A stretch of 64,000 nt of DNA from Piromyces finnis finn (GCA_002104945.1 MCFH01000082.1:62001-126000); one strand, 5' to 3'. Positions 35,713 to 50,700 are shown, numbered from the stretch's first letter. The notes: generated by a model from the letters alone, not told the origin. Program-made: numbers and translations.

Positions 35713-38479
35713 ATGGATCATTGTAAGTTGGATAGTATCAACGGTACCACAGCAAGTTCTTACAAAGATGAGAGTCCAAATAATCAAACTGCTTCAAAAT
35801 TAATAACAGCTATCACTGACTTTATTCCTGCTTTTTTCTCACCAAACGGAATTTTGCTCAAAGAAAACGAAACAAAAAACCCTATTAACATCTTAGAAGC
35901 AATAATACAAGGGGAAACTTTCTTCAAAGAACACCCAGAATCCTTCAAAAATGATGAATCAAAAAATTCATTTATAATAAATAAGCTCAGCGGTAATGCT
36001 AGAAAGTGGGGTCTTTCACTTTTAGCTGATGGCATTCTAAAAAAACTCAATTTCCAACAATTCAAAGATCTTTTACTAGAAAATTTTGACGTGGGAACTG
36101 AAAGAAAGCAAAAGTATATGATTATGGACAAGCTGTGGAAACTCAAGCAATCTCATCTTGGTGGTGCTGTGGAATATACTATCGAATTTCGCAGATTGGC
36201 TGGACGTCTAGGATGGCCCGACGAAGTTCTGACTGATATTATAGGAAAGGGCTTAGTAAACAATGTAAGAGAGGAGTTCGATAAGTTAGAGAAACCTAAG
36301 ACTCTCTTTGAAGCTACGAATATCATCATCAGCCTGGACAAGAAGTGCCTTCTGGAAAGCCAGTTACGAGGAAAGGATAGAGATAATAATAAGAACAAGA
36401 AATCTTTCAGAAGGCGAAGACACGAATTAGCAAAAAATGAGAACCAAGGGAAACACTTTCTCCGAAAAGATAGATTTAAAAACAATATTCTTTCAGCTAA
36501 CTATACTCCAGATGGAAAACCATCGATTACCACAACATTTTATCTATCAGTTAATGGAAGAAATGTAAAAGTAAATCTCCTAATAGACTCTGGATCAGCT
36601 AGAAGTTTTATCTGCAAAAGCTTTGCCAATGCACACAAGCTACCAACTACAGGCCTTGCTTCCCCCATCAATATACAACTCCCAAATGGAAAGGGGATGA
36701 CCATTAAACAAACATGTAAACCACTCAAACTGAAGATTATGGACCATTCTGAAGTTTTCGAATTCTGCATAGCTAATCTGTCTCTTCAAGGAATAAATGG
36801 AATCCTTGGAAGGGATTGGTTAGCATTACATAACCCTTATATAAATTACCACCTCAATAAGATCTTCTTTATTGGAAAGTTTTGTGGCTCTCACTGTCCT
36901 TCCTCTACAAGGAATAAATTCCTAAATCAAAACATAACTGCTTCAATGATAGATAAACCATTACAAGACGGGAAGAAATCGATGGATTCTATCATTCCAG
37001 GTATGATATCAGAGGATGAACTTTTCGATACAGAAGTGTGCGCAGTAATGGTCCAAGAAGAGGAAGAAAACCGCTCGGGAAATAATATGAATAACATGAA
37101 TATAATCAGTAAATTTTATTCTAAATTTCATCTTGTATTTGAAAAGAAGGAGGCGGAAAAATTACCTCCTCACCGCGAATACGACATATCAATAGATCTC
37201 ATTCCAGGTGGGCAACTATATTTCGGACCCATTTACTCTTTGACTGTTAAAGAATTAACCACTTTAAAAGAATACATTCAAGAAAATTTGGAGAAGAAAT
37301 TCATAAGAAAATCCAAGTCTCCTGCTGGAGCCCCGGTACTTTTTGTGAAGAAACATGATGGATCTCTCCGACTTTGTGTGGATTACCGTCGACTGAATGC
37401 TATTACAATCCGTAATAGTTACCCTATTCCTAGAATCAACGACTTAATAGAAGCCTTCAAGAATGCAAGAATATTTACAAGACTTGACCTTAGATCAGCA
37501 TACAACTTAGTACGAGTCAAGGAAGGTCATGAATACCTCACTGCATTCCGGACACCATTAGGTCATTTCGAATACTTGGTTATGCCTTTTGGTCTCCGAA
37601 ATGCACCATCCGTATTCCAACGCTTTGTTCAAGATGTACTAAATGACACCATAGGTCTGTTCGCCCAAGTATACCTAGATGATATTATCATCTACTCACG
37701 CTCCTTGGAAGAACATATAAATCATGTCCGACTGGTTCTTGATTTACTTCTAAAAAATGGGTTATATGTTAAATTAGAGAAGTGTGACTTTCATGTCACG
37801 GAAACTACGTTCTTAGGCTTTACAATTTCCACTAATGGACTTGCTATGGACAAAAATAAAGTTAAATCTATTATAGAGTGGCCCACGCCAAAAAATGTTA
37901 AGGAACTACAAAGTTTCCTAGGACTCTGCAACTTTTATAGGAAGTTCATCAAGGACTTCGCCTCTAACATGGAACCTCTCCGGAAACTCCTAAAGAAAGA
38001 CAACGACTTCATATGGGATAAAGCCGCCGAAGATGCTTTCAACAAATTAAAAGAAGCTTTTAGAGTCGGTGAAATATTGATCTTTCCTGACCCAGAGAAG
38101 GTATTCACTGTGGAAACAGACGCAAGTGACTTCGCTGTTGGCTGTGTCTTATCCCAGGTCAGTGACATGGATAACCAATTACATCCAGTTGCTTTTCACT
38201 CCAGATCTTTAAATAAAGCAGAAGTTAATTATACAATATATGATAAAGAACTTCTCGCAATAATAACTGCTTTTGACATCTGGAGACACCACCTAGAAGG
38301 ATCCAAGTTTCCTGTTCAAGTTATAACGGATCACAAAAATCTGTTATACCTTAAAAAGCCCCAACACCTAAATCAAAGACAAATCCGATGGAGCCTTTTT
38401 CTATCAAAATTTGACTTTAGGATTGCTTACAGACCAGGCGCTAAAAGTGGAAAACCAGATGCTTTGTCTAGACGCCCGG
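35713..38479 (+). pseudogene. Element C gag-pol, 5' part
   Basis: LLIDSGS protease, VYLDD RT, ETDAS RNase H; breaks at ALSRRP and resumes DYKLHLP at 45004. Confidence 0.9.
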
Positions 38480-39230
38480 TGTAAAGAAATGTGTCTTTAA
38501 CAATAAAACAAATTATAATATTTACTAAATAACTTAGTAATATTAACACTTTAAAATATTCTGTAAATTATTAATTTATAAAAATATCATTAAAAACACA
38601 TAGAATTTAACTTAATAAGTTAGTGTTTAATAATATAATTATTTATTAATAAAATCTCGATTCTTTAAAATATTTGGGAAAATTCACTCGTATTTATACT
38701 AAAAATTTTTTAAATTAATTTATAAAATTTTTTCAACTTAAAATTCTTAACCAATCAATAATCTTCATATAAAATAAAATTTAAAAATAAAATAAAATAA
38801 AATAAAATTATAATTTTTTTTTAAAATAGTATCTATGAGGTCTCGAACTAGTGTCATTCAGACTCAAAGTCTTAGCTACTAACCACTAAGACAATTTAGT
38901 TATTTCTAGTATTCATTACATGGTCCTCCTCCAGGATTCGGATACCAGACGAATCTAGAATTTTAATATTTAAATATATGTTTTTCTTTTTTAATAAACT
39001 AAACTAAGGAGTGAATTTTCTTAATTATAAAAATACATTTAATATAATAAAATACATTTTTTTTTTTTTAATATTACTAAAATTAAAAATAAAATATTGA
39101 TAAATTTGATATTAATAAATTGTTTAATAATAAAATTGATATTGATAATGATATTAATAAGTTTTGATAATAATAATAATTGTGATTTTAATATTAATAA
39201 TAAATATAATTTGAATTTTTTAACTATTTT

Positions 39231-42200
39231 TTATTTCTTTCTATTAAATTTTTTAAGTAGCCCCTTGCAATTTAGATTTTCTTCAGGCTCCCACGAAGCT
39301 TCATTGATTGAATACCCTTTCCATTTAATCAGGTATTGTATTTTTCCGTAATGTCTTCTTTTATCCAGAATTTCTTCAACTTCGTATTCTTCTTCATTGT
39401 CAACGGTAATAGGTGGCGGTGGTGGTTGAGATCTTCCAAATTTATCTTCGACATATTTCTCGAGATTGGATACATGAATAACTGGATGAATCTTAATAGA
39501 TTTTGGGAGACTTAATTTAAATGTAACATTTGATATTTTTTCCAAGATTTTGTATGGGCCGAGTTTTCTTGGCTTAAATTTTTTATTTCCTTTGTGGATA
39601 ATTAAAGAACTATCCAGCCAAACTTTGTCACCAACTTTAAAATTCGGAGCTTCTTTTCTACGTTTGTCAGCATGCTTCTTCTGGGTTTCCATGGCAGATT
39701 TTAAATTTTCTTTTAAGGTATTAATTAAAGTTTTAAAATCTCTTGTAAACTCTTCTGCTCTTGGGACTTTAGATAGGTCTGGAATAACTGGTGAATATTT
39801 TGGATGAAAGCCGTAATTTAAAAAGAATGGAGAAAATTTGGATGATTCTTGAACCACATTGTTATAACTAAATTCTGCAAGACTAAGAAAACTTTTCCAA
39901 TTTGAACCTTTATAATTTGAGAAACATCTTAAATATTGTTCTATAACGGAGTTCACCCTCTCCGTCTGACCGTTTGATTGATGATGAAATGGAGTAGACA
40001 ACTTAAGTTCAATGCCAAGGGAGGAACAGATGGATTGGAAGAATTTAGAGGTAAATTGAGAACCTCTATCCGAGACAATAGATTCAGGTAGGCCATGAAG
40101 ACGGAAAATATTATCAATAAAGGCTGTGGCTGTTTCGGCGGCGGAAGGAATACTTTTGAACGGAATGAGATGAACCATTTTTGTAAGACGATCAACAACA
40201 ACAAGAATGCAAGTGAAGCCAGAAGATGAAGGCAAATCAGTAATGAAATCCATTGAAATGGATGACCAAGGACGTTCAGCAATATCAAGAGGATTCAGAA
40301 GACCATAAGGTTTATGACGAAAGGTTTTTGAACGACAACAAACTTCACAAGAACGAACGTAGTCTTTAACATCAGAAGAAATAGAAGGCCACCAGAAGTC
40401 TCTAGCAATAAGAGAAGATGTTTTCTTTATTCCGAAATGACCAGCTGAAGGAGAGTCGTGACAGAGTTTAAGAATTGAAAGACGACAATTTGGAGGAACA
40501 TAGATTCTGTCAGTAAAAAGGAGAAAACTATTGCTTAAGGAAAATTTGTCAATTTGAGGGTGAGGTATTGGAGGTTTCCTACAATCAAGATATTCACAGA
40601 TTTTATTGTAAAAGTCATCATTTATATATTCGGAAAGAAAAGAATCACTAATGGACGAAACAGAAGTCACAATGGCACAAAAGTTTTCAGGGCGAAGAAC
40701 ATTAAAAGGAACATCAGAAGAGGAATTCGAATTGATAGCATAATCAGGACGACGAGATAGGGCATCAGGCTTACCGTTAGAAGAACCAGAACGATAAATA
40801 ATAACAAAGTTAAATTCAGAGAGAAACAAAGCCCAGCGAACAAGACGTTGAGACATTTTTTCAGGTTTCTTTTGATAGAGTAAATTTCGATGATCCGAGT
40901 AAATCTTAAAAGTAGAAGAAGAGCCTTTAAGTAGATGACGCCATGTTTCAAGAGCAGCAACGATAGCTAAGAGCTCTTTATCATATATTGGATAATTACG
41001 TTCAGGACCAGTAAGAGAGCGAGAAAAGAAAGCAACTGGATGGGTCAAATTATCAATTGGAGAGACTTGCGAGAGAATAGCACCAATGGCAAAGTTACTT
41101 GAATCAGTTTCGACTATGAATGGAAGTTCACGATTAGGAAATATAAGAACAGGAGCAGAAACAAATAAGGACTTGAGTGAATCGAAAGCATCTTGAGCTT
41201 CTTTAGACCATACAAATTTAACATTTTTCTTCAAAAGTTTATGCAAAGGATGAGCGATCTTTGCAAAATTTGGAATAAATCGACGGTAGTAGTTCGCAAG
41301 ACCAAGAAAAGATTGAACCTCTTTAACATTAGATGGAGTAGGCCAGTTTAAAATAGAAGAAACTTTATTTGGGTCCATGTGAATGCCATCAGTAGAAATC
41401 CTATGACCAAGGAAATCAATAAAAGAAACAAAGAACTCGCATTTTTCCAATTTAGCATAGAGCCCAGCATCCCTCAGGAGTTTCAAAACAGTTTTGACAT
41501 GAGATATATGAGATTTATAATCAGAGGAAAAAATAATAATATCATCTATGTAAGAGAAAGCGAATTTACCAAGAACGTCTTCAAGAACATCATTAATGAA
41601 ATGTTGAAAAACAGCAGGTGCATTTTTCAACCCAAAAGGCATCACACAGTATTCAAAATGACCTAACTTGCAAGTAAAAGCGGTTTTATATTCATCACCA
41701 CTTTTAATCCTGACCAAGTTATAGGCAGAACGAAGATCCAATTTTGAGAAAATCTTCCCTTTTCCAAGATGTTCAAGCATATCTTGTATAAGAGGAAGGG
41801 GATAAGAATCACGAATAGTTATGGAGTTTAATTGGCGATAGTCAACACACATACGAAGTTGACCGTTTTTCTTAGGTACAAACAGAATAGGAGCTCCCGC
41901 AGGCGATTTTGATTTTCTAATAAATCCTTTCTTGAGATTTTCTTTTATATATTCTTCTAAAGCAATTGATTCGGTTTCTGTTAGAGGATAAATCGGTCCA
42001 TAAAACAGTTTTGAATTTTCTTTGAGTTTTATTTCACAATCGTATGGACGGTGTGGAGGAAGTTTTTCAGCATTAGATTCATTGAAGACATCAGCAAAGT
42101 CAGAGAGAACATCCGGAAGTATAATAGAAGAATTGGGTTCTGATTTAGAGTTTGAATCGGATTTGAGAATAGAATTGGATTGAATATTAGAATCAGAAAA

Positions 42201-43673
42201 AGAAGTCAAAACAGAAGTTGGTTCTTGATTTGAGAGAGACGAAGTAGAAAAGTTAACAGAAGACTTCTTAGAAACAGAATTGTTAATATTTTTTGAAGAA
42301 CCCGAACAGAGAATAGTACAAGTACGATTAGTTTCGTTTTGAGATTGGATGTTTTGTTTATCGACAAATATAGGGTAAGTGAATGAATCATGCGGAGGTT
42401 CGTAGGAAGGATCTTCCATTGCAGGAAAAGCAGATCTTTCTTCAGGAAATTCAGGGACATTATTGGAGAGTGTTATACAACGATTATAACAGTAATCGGA
42501 TACAAATGAAATTTTGTTCTTTGTGAAATCGATAGAAGGATTGTGTTCTTTAAGCCAATCTATTCCAAGAATACAAGGATAATAAGGTAGATCAGTTACA
42601 TAGAATTGTGTTCGACAGAGATGATCTTTGTAGCGAAGATTCAAAGGAGATGTAATTCCAAAAAGAGATTGTCGACCACCGATACCAACGATATTTGGTA
42701 GGTTACCGTCATCATGATAAGGAATGTTATTATCGTTACAGTAATCTACATCAATTAAATTAAGTTTGGATCCTGAGTCAATAAGAATATCCGTATTTAG
42801 TTCATAAGAAAGTTTAAATTTAGTTGTCATTTTATTATGAGTTTTGTTTTCTTCTTTAGGAGCGGATATAAGTGTGGGAATAGATATTAGTGAAGGATTT
42901 TCACGATCTTTATTCTTTCTTTTTGGACAATTATTAAGCTTATGACTTGAAGCACCACAATACACACAAAGATTTTCTTTCTTTCTTCTTTCCTTTTCTT
43001 CGTTTGAGATAGGGCCATGGTTATTCCTGTTTGTAATGGACTTTGTTATTTTTGAAGAGTGATGAAAAGATCTTTTCTTTCGGTTTTGGTCATTGTTTGA
43101 ACCAGAAGGGAAAAAGGTATGATGTGTAGATAATCTTGAATCGATTCTTGAAGCAATAGTCTGTAATGAAAGAAGATCCCTAGGACCCGGAAACATTTCC
43201 AAAATACGAACGGCAACTTGTTGATTAAGGCCAGCTATAAATGCATCCATTTTGGCTTGTTCATTCCAGTTTGATTCATCAGCATAGCGGTTAAATTCCA
43301 AGATATAGCCTCTAATTCCTCCTAATCGGCGTTGTTTTAAGGTTCTAAGCATTTGATTTGCAACATAGGTAGCATCGTTATATCCATAAAAAGCCTTAAA
43401 TCTGTCAACAAAAGCTTGGTAGTTATTAAGACACGGATCATGGTTGTTTATAAGAGTAGCAGCCCAGTTCATAGCGTCTCCATAAAGTCTTGATATTATG
43501 TAGAGAATTTTGGTTGCGTCGTCTTGATACCGTTCAGGATATAGCATAAACACTAGCTCCACCTTAGCTAAGAAACCCTTCAGATACCTGCGATCCCCTG
43601 CAAAACCATCCTTAAGAGTTGCGTTTTCGAAAATATTATTATTATCCATGTGGTTGTTTTCGTTCTCTTCCAT
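39231..43673 (-). CDS. Element F Gag-Pol polyprotein with chromodomain, 1480 aa
   Basis: [28 protein letters not shown] integrase, EYEVEEIL...YLIKWKGY...SWEP chromodomain. Confidence 0.95.
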   Translation of the reverse strand: MEENENNHMDNNNIFENATLKDGFAGDRRYLKGFLAKVELVFMLYPERYQDDATKILYIISRLYGDAMNWAATLINNHDPCLNNYQAFVDRFKAFYGYNDATYVANQMLRTLKQRRLGGIRGYILEFNRYADESNWNEQAKMDAFIAGLNQQVAVRILEMFPGPRDLLSLQTIASRIDSRLSTHHTFFPSGSNNDQNRKKRSFHHSSKITKSITNRNNHGPISNEEKERRKKENLCVYCGASSHKLNNCPKRKNKDRENPSLISIPTLISAPKEENKTHNKMTTKFKLSYELNTDILIDSGSKLNLIDVDYCNDNNIPYHDDGNLPNIVGIGGRQSLFGITSPLNLRYKDHLCRTQFYVTDLPYYPCILGIDWLKEHNPSIDFTKNKISFVSDYCYNRCITLSNNVPEFPEERSAFPAMEDPSYEPPHDSFTYPIFVDKQNIQSQNETNRTCTILCSGSSKNINNSVSKKSSVNFSTSSLSNQEPTSVLTSFSDSNIQSNSILKSDSNSKSEPNSSIILPDVLSDFADVFNESNAEKLPPHRPYDCEIKLKENSKLFYGPIYPLTETESIALEEYIKENLKKGFIRKSKSPAGAPILFVPKKNGQLRMCVDYRQLNSITIRDSYPLPLIQDMLEHLGKGKIFSKLDLRSAYNLVRIKSGDEYKTAFTCKLGHFEYCVMPFGLKNAPAVFQHFINDVLEDVLGKFAFSYIDDIIIFSSDYKSHISHVKTVLKLLRDAGLYAKLEKCEFFVSFIDFLGHRISTDGIHMDPNKVSSILNWPTPSNVKEVQSFLGLANYYRRFIPNFAKIAHPLHKLLKKNVKFVWSKEAQDAFDSLKSLFVSAPVLIFPNRELPFIVETDSSNFAIGAILSQVSPIDNLTHPVAFFSRSLTGPERNYPIYDKELLAIVAALETWRHLLKGSSSTFKIYSDHRNLLYQKKPEKMSQRLVRWALFLSEFNFVIIYRSGSSNGKPDALSRRPDYAINSNSSSDVPFNVLRPENFCAIVTSVSSISDSFLSEYINDDFYNKICEYLDCRKPPIPHPQIDKFSLSNSFLLFTDRIYVPPNCRLSILKLCHDSPSAGHFGIKKTSSLIARDFWWPSISSDVKDYVRSCEVCCRSKTFRHKPYGLLNPLDIAERPWSSISMDFITDLPSSSGFTCILVVVDRLTKMVHLIPFKSIPSAAETATAFIDNIFRLHGLPESIVSDRGSQFTSKFFQSICSSLGIELKLSTPFHHQSNGQTERVNSVIEQYLRCFSNYKGSNWKSFLSLAEFSYNNVVQESSKFSPFFLNYGFHPKYSPVIPDLSKVPRAEEFTRDFKTLINTLKENLKSAMETQKKHADKRRKEAPNFKVGDKVWLDSSLIIHKGNKKFKPRKLGPYKILEKISNVTFKLSLPKSIKIHPVIHVSNLEKYVEDKFGRSQPPPPPITVDNEEEYEVEEILDKRRHYGKIQYLIKWKGYSINEASWEPEENLNCKGLLKKFNRKK

Positions 43674-43780
43674 AGTACTTATGATGTTTTCTTTAATAAG
43701 CTTTAATAAATTTGTAAAAATAATAGAATAAAGTATTTAATTATATTTATTAATTGAGTAAATCTTTTTATTAAATAATA

Positions 43781-44479
43781 ATATAAACCAGATTATATAG
43801 TGTTAAACCATCAAATATATAACCTGTTTTATTCTTTATAATAAGTCCTTCGTAGCTCTTCACGATAACACGTATAAAGTCGATTGTTAATATTAATTAA
43901 ATTAATAAAAGAAAGGAACGGTGTAAAAATTTTTTTTAGTGTCTAACTTATTGTTAGCAATAAAAATTATTACAGGTTTTCTTTCCCTATATCAACCTTA
44001 TCCGAACGTAGAAGTATTATGTATAAGAGTTTAACATCTCACGCTAAAGGAGTTATAAAGAATATTATTTTATATTATTACAATTTTAATAAATTGTCTT
44101 AACAATTAATAATTATAATTAGAAATTGTTTTATTAGAAAACTTAATTTTAAAATGTATTAATTAAGAAATATTATTTTATTAAAGTAAGGCATTTCCGG
44201 CTATTTTCCGGTCTATAATCAAACAGCAAAAGATAGTATACAACTATAAATCTCACGCCAGCTTGCTTATTACAGCGTCTTGTACGTGGTGTACCTCGGA
44301 TTCTCCTACTTCCTTATTCAAAGTAGAATAGCTCAGAGCCTGCCAACCCAATTATTGTACAGGTTAAACTCGATCCCGTTAATCTTTTACTTTTTATAGT
44401 TTGAATTATATACCGCTTCTAAAGCGTACTAATTCTACTACTTTAAGTAAAAATATTTCTTTAAAGAAAAGCTTCAACA
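43781..44479 (-). ncRNA. Structured RNA module 1 homolog in the element F leader
   Basis: Homologous to 20781-21478, including a 21-nt identity and covarying stems. Confidence 0.7.
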
Positions 44480-44547
44480 ATAAAACTTAAAAGTTTTATC
44501 TATAACAATTTCTTAAACACTAAGGTATTAAGCTTTTATATTATAAG

Positions 44548-44557
44548 GAGATTTTAT
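44548..44557 (-). promoter_or_regulatory. Element F self-priming PBS
   Basis: ATAAAATCTC (minus) complements the LTR segment at 44727-44736; TATAAATA begins at 44776 on the minus strand. Confidence 0.75.
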
Positions 44558-44924
44558 TGTAAAGAAATGTGTCTTTAACAATAAAACAAATTATAATATT
44601 TACTAAATAACTTAGTAATATTAACACTTTAAAATATTCTGTAAATTATTAATTTATAAAAATATCATTAAAAACACATAGAATTTAACTTAATAAGTTA
44701 GTGTTTAATAATATAATTATTTATTAATAAAATCTCGATTCTTTAAAATATTTGGGAAAATTCACTCGTATTTATACTAAAAATTTTTTAAATTAATTTA
44801 TAAAATTTTTTCAACTTAAAATTCTTAACCAATCAATAATCTTCATATAAAATAAAATTTAAAAATAAAATAAAATAAAATAAAATTATAATTTTTTTTT
44901 AAAATAGTATCTATGAGGTCTCGA

Positions 44925-44971
44925 ACTAGTGTCATTCAGACTCAAAGTCTTAGCTACTAACCACTAAGACA
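44925..44971 (-). promoter_or_regulatory. tRNA-like A/B-box module at the start of the F LTR (also in the other F LTR)
   Basis: TGTCTTAGTGG and GTTCGAGAC 45 nt apart; hairpin gtcttag/ctaagac. Confidence 0.45.
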
Positions 44972-45003
44972 ATTTAGTTATTTCTAGTATTCATTACACC
45001 CGG

Positions 45004-46318
45004 ACTATAAACTCCATTTGCCATCTGAACCCGAAGCCATTTTAAAAGATAATGTTTTCTGCTGTTCTATGACAGATAATTTGGATAATATCATTAAAGC
45101 GCAGAAGTCTGATAAATTTTGTAGGGAAACTTTGGCTAAAGTCAAATCAAACTCTGACGGTTTTAAAAGTTCTTTGTTCAGCCTCGTCGATGGTGTTCTA
45201 CATTTCCAAAAACGCATCATTGTTCCATCCTCACTCAAGGTTAGACTTCTTAAGTCCTTCCATGATGCTCCAACAAGTGGCCATCAGGGTGTAGATAGAA
45301 CCTTTGAAAAACTTAAAAGATTTTACTGGTGGCCGAATATGAAAAAGGACATAACTAATTATGTGCTTTCGTGCGACATCTGTAGTAAAAGTAAAATACG
45401 GAGGCATAAACCTTATGGCAAACTATTGCCACTTCCTACTCCTACAAAACCCTGGGAAGTAATCGGTATTGACTTCATAGTCTCTTTGCCTCGTCTCAAG
45501 ATTGCACTTGTATCATGATTGCCTCAGACCATTTAACAAAAATGGTTCATTTGGTTCCTTGTGCTGACGTCCCCTCTGCCGATCTTACTGCCAAGCTCTT
45601 GTTATTCCAAGTTTTTAAATTTCATGGATTCCCTAAAATAATAGTATCCGACCATGGCTCACAATTTTCCTCCCAATTTTGGACCTCTTTATGCTCGGCG
45701 TTACATGCTAAACCTAGTCTAGCTACTGCCCATCACCAGCAATCAAATGGGCAAGTTGAAAGAGCAAATGCTGTTATCGAACAATATCTTAGGTGTTATT
45801 GTTCCTCTTCTCAAAATGAATGGTGTTATTATCTTCCATTATGCGAGATTGCATACAACAATTCTATTCACAGGTCAATTAAGCAAACACCCTTTCATGC
45901 CAATTACGGTTTTCACCCTAACTTCTTTATTGACTCTCCTCCTATACTTCTTAAGGACAACGCCTCAGTTCTAACAAGGAATTGGGCTGCACATTTTGAT
46001 GCACTTCGTCTCCATCTCATTAAAGCTAAGGAAGATTTCAAGAAATTTGGCGATTCTAAAAAATCCTCAGGTCCTTCACTTCAAGTTAATGATTTAGTTA
46101 TGCTGAAAAGATACTATTTTTCTAATGAACCTTCCAAAAAACTTTCATCACAATACTTAGGACCTTTTCGTATTTTAGAAAAAAGGGAGAGAATGAATTA
46201 CAGGCTGGAACTTCCTGATAGTCTACATCTCCATCCAGTATTCCATATATCACAGCTAGAGCCATATACAAAAAGAAGGGAAGATTTGAAAGAACAAGAG
46301 TTAAAAGGAGCAATGTAA
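45004..46318 (+). pseudogene. Element C integrase region with a 1-bp frameshift near 45490
   Basis: HHCC, GIDFIV, SDHGSQF, NGQVER; frame jump at LP(S)SQDCTCIMI; stop codon lies inside the 3' LTR; no chromodomain. Confidence 0.9.
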
Positions 46319-47252
46319 GAAATATTAATTATTCATAATTGAATAATTATTATTTCTTATTATTTAATACAAATTTATTTAAATTATTATTTTCTATACA
46401 TTCAACTATTACTAATAATTTATTAAATTATTTAATATTTCATTCATTTAGTTAATACTTATGATTTACTTAAAATATTAATTTTATATACACTTATATA
46501 AAATATAAAATTTATTTACTTGCTATATTATATATTTAATTAACTTTATAAATTTATTTAATTATTAATTTTTATGTACATTTAATTAATATAAATAATT
46601 TATTTACTTATTATTTATCTTATACATTTAATTTTGACTAACTATATTCATTACACTTATTGTTTTAAATTATGTATTAATTATATTTTATGTATTGTAT
46701 TAAGCACGGATAAAATAGGAATCGGAATTTTAAGGTTTTCCCGATTTCGCTTTAAAGAAGCATTCGGTTTTACTTAAAATTACACGAAGATCAATATGAC
46801 TAGAATATTGATCGAAAATCATGTTTAGGTTTTTCTTCTAGTCTTTTCCTAAACATTTTATTTGTTAAGATTAGAACCCGTTTATTTAACCTTATTTTTT
46901 AATAAAATTATAAATAAAACACTCTTGAAATTCCTTAGAAATTCAAGAGTTATTATTATAAAGGAATACGTTATAATAAATAACATAAATACATTTTTCT
47001 TTTTAATTAAATAAAATATCCTTCTAATAAATCAGTAATTTAAAAAAAAAAAACTTACGACCCATTTGACTCTTTGTGTTTGGTTGTTTATTATAAATCT
47101 TTATAATAAACTCGATAAGTTTTATTTTTACTTTCTATTTTCTATTCTAATTTGTTCAATACTTCTTATTTCCGCATAATAATACTACAATATTATTCGT
47201 TAATATTATTGTAGATAGTAATTTCTGTAAACAATAATAAGAAATTACTACA
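46314..47252 (+). repeat. Element C 3' LTR
   Basis: Direct repeat of 34437-35375. Confidence 0.95.
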
Positions 47253-47777
47253 CGAATCTATTTGTAAAAGGTTTTTATATATGTTAGTTAATAAGTTAAT
47301 TATAACAAGTTAATTAAGTTAGTTATTACCTCTCTATACGAGTTAATAACTAAATAAAGTTTTATAAAAAATAATAAAAGAACTAAAATAAATATTATAA
47401 CACAAAAATAAATATAACACAATAAATATTAATATGAAATATTATTTACTTAAATAATTATTATAATTATTATCTTTTATTTATTAATTATAATTATCTA
47501 CATTAATTATTATTATAGTTATTAATTTACTTTAATACTAACGCTAAGGTATTTAACATTAGTTTTGACTATACTATTTAACTATATGAGTTTATTTTCT
47601 TTACCACTTGATTGGGTAAAGCAAATAAACTTCCTATTTAAATAATAACCATTAATATATGGTTATGCATATATTTGGCCAATAAATGATGACCAGAATA
47701 TATGGTTTCAATTGAAATATTCGTGGGCAAACTTATGGCCACAAATATTTCTTACAATGCCCCCCTAAGGAGAAAAC

Positions 47778-50700
47778 CTAGGCAGGGTTTTGGACACTAA
47801 CCATGAATTCCTGGTAGCATTTATCTTGAAATTCCTTGAGTAGCTTATCATAGTGGGAGTTCTTGTCAATGATGTCAGCATCAACCCACTCTTGCCTACA
47901 GTCACTAAAGGTAGCTAAATATTGGTAGTTATCCTTCTTTCTTCTAGCATTCATGATTTTGATTATTTTCTGGTAGCCCACTGGTGCTGGTGTTAGTTCT
48001 TCAGGTTTGTTATGGTAGGGTTCAAGTTCACTGATATGAAACACTGGGTAGACGTTGGGGAAAGGTGACTTGCTGATATCCAACCGGTAGTTAAGCTTGG
48101 TTTCATCAATTCCAATAACCTTGAAGGGACCGTACTTTCTTGCTTGTAGCTTGTAGAAGGGAAGAGGGTTGTAATTTTCTGGTTTTCTTAACCACACCAA
48201 ATCCATGAGCCTAATTTTAGGGTAGTTAAGTTCTCTTCTCTGGTCCAAGTGGTCTAAGAACCGTGTTCTTGATATGTCCAGCATGTGCTTTAGGTTACCT
48301 AAGTTGTGAGCGAAGCTATCTAATATAGGAGCTTCACCAAGTGAGTGGACAAGTTCTGAGTCTTGAGGGTTCATATGTACCTGGTAGTTATACAAGGCTA
48401 GGAATGGGGACTGCTTAGTAGAACTGTGTACTGCATTATTATAGCAGAACTCAGCTAAGTACAAGTACTTTAACCATTCGTCGTCATCAAAGGTCTTCAC
48501 AAAGCATCTAAGGTACATACTTACGTAGGAGTTATTGCGTTCTACCTGACCAACTGTTTCATGATGGCCAGTAGTAGCAAGGTTTACTTCTACGCCAAAG
48601 AACCCCATAATGTCCTTCCACAACTTACTAGTGAACTGGACACCACGATCCGTAGTAACCGATTTGGGACAACCATGTAACTTGAATACATGTTGTAAGT
48701 ATGCTAATGCTGTTTCTTTAGCAGTAGGCATACTCCTAAATCCCACTAAGTGTATCATTTTGGTTAACTTGTCGCTACAAACCATGATACAACCTCTTCT
48801 AGTGACTTCTGGGGGTTCTGAGGAACTACTACCTGGTTTTCTGCGTTCCTTAATAGGTAGGTTCGTCAGGAAGTCAATTTCTACTTCTTGCCAAGGTAAG
48901 TCTGCAACTTTTACCCTAGCAGCGCTACCGTACGGCTTGTGTCTGTTGTCTTTTTGGGTACAACATATGGTACAAGCTTTAATATATCCCGCAATGTCAT
49001 CCTTCATTTTTGGCCAGTAGTAGTTTCTGGCTATCAGGTCATAAGTTTTATCTTTTCCCAGATGACCTGCTGTTTCACTATCGTGGTTAAGTTTTATGAT
49101 TGTTTCCCTTAACACCTTTGGTACATATGTACGTTCTGGTGCATCCTTTCTAACAATCAACCCATTTACCATCAACCACTTCTTTTTGATGAGCTTGTGG
49201 CCTCTTTTTGCGTCAAGACCATCTCTAATTTCCCTAGCAAGCTCATCCGTATTGTAAGCTTGTTTCAGTTCTCCCACAAAGCTTACTTCTAACACCGCAT
49301 AGCACTCTTCTTCCACGGGTGGAAATTCTTTTACCTGTTCAGGTCGAAGGAGGCTAGCTTTTTCCATCTCCAGTTGTACCTGTTCTGGAGATACTATTCT
49401 TGATAGGATATCGGCTCTACCATTCATTTTTCCTGGCCGATATATTATTTCGAAGTTGTATGCAGCAAACAGCTCTTGCCATCTTGCCTGTCTTGCTGTC
49501 AACAACTGTGGTTTTGTGGCGAACAGGAGATTCCTGTGGTCACTATATACTAGGACCTTATGTTTCGCACCCATCAACAGGTGTCGCCACTCAATGAAAG
49601 CATTCCTAATAGCCAACAACTCCTTTTCTGTGATGGAGTAGTTGATTTCTGCTTTCGTAAGCTTCTTGGAATAGTAATACACAGGGTGTAGTTCATTGTC
49701 ATCGCCTAGTTGTGATAATACACCACCCACTGCGTAGTTACTAGCGTCGCACTCCACTATAAACTGACGGTCATGGTCAGGATATGCTAATACTGGTGGA
49801 GACAACAGCATTTCTTTTAACTTCTCGAACGCCTGGATGCGTTCTTCATTCCACAGGAACTGTACCTTTTTGGACGTCATAGCATATAACGGCCTTGCTA
49901 TCTTAGAGAAGTCCTTTATAAACTTCCTATAATAGTTGCAGAACCCAAGGAATGACTGTAGTTCTTTGAGGTTGGTTGGTTGTGGCCAACTTGCAACAGC
50001 TTTTAACTTCTCTGGGTCAGTTTTAATACCATATTTTCCAACTACATGACCCAGGAATGCAAGTTCTTCCTTGTGGAACTCACATTTCGCTAACTTAGCT
50101 ACTAGACGATTATCTATTAGCTTTTGTAGGACTCTTTTTACATGCCCTACATGCTCTTCAAGTGACTTGGAGTAGATGATGATATCATCCAAGTACACTT
50201 GACAGCAGTCATTGATTTCCTCTGCCAGCACCGTATTAATGAACCCTTGGAACGTGGCAGGAGCATTAGTCAACCCAAATGGCATCACTAGATATTCGTA
50301 ATGCCCAAACTTGGTTGAGAATGCCGTCTTGTATTCGTCACCTTCACGAATACGCACTAGGTTGTAGGCAGACTTCAAATCCAACTTGGAGAAGATAGTC
50401 GCGCCTTTCATAGCCTCAAACACTTGACTAATGAGTGGTAAGGGGAAGGAGTTACGCACTGTTACCTTATTAAGACGCCTATAATCAGTACATAATCGTC
50501 TTTCACCACTCTTTTTGGGCACGAATAACACAGGATAGCCTGCAGGACTCTCTGACTTCCTGATGAAGCCCTTTGCCAGGTTTTCCTCTATATATTCCTT
50601 CAGTGCTTTTTCCTCTTCTGGATTGAAGGGATATATAGGCCCTTTATGAAGACTAGCATCCGGCTCCAGGTCGATCTTACAGTCGTAAGGACGGTGTTCT

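Larger units (their letters stand above)
38480..44998 (-). mobile_element. Chromovirus F (full length, self-primed)
   Basis: 441-bp LTRs 38480-38920 and 44558-44998; TSD CCCGG (38475-79 and 44999-45003); PPT at 38921-38933. Confidence 0.95.
34437..47252 (+). mobile_element. Ty3/gypsy element C (self-primed, no chromodomain), interrupted by F
   Basis: 939-bp LTRs 34437-35375 and 46314-47252; TSD CGAAT (34432-36 and 47253-57). Confidence 0.95.
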
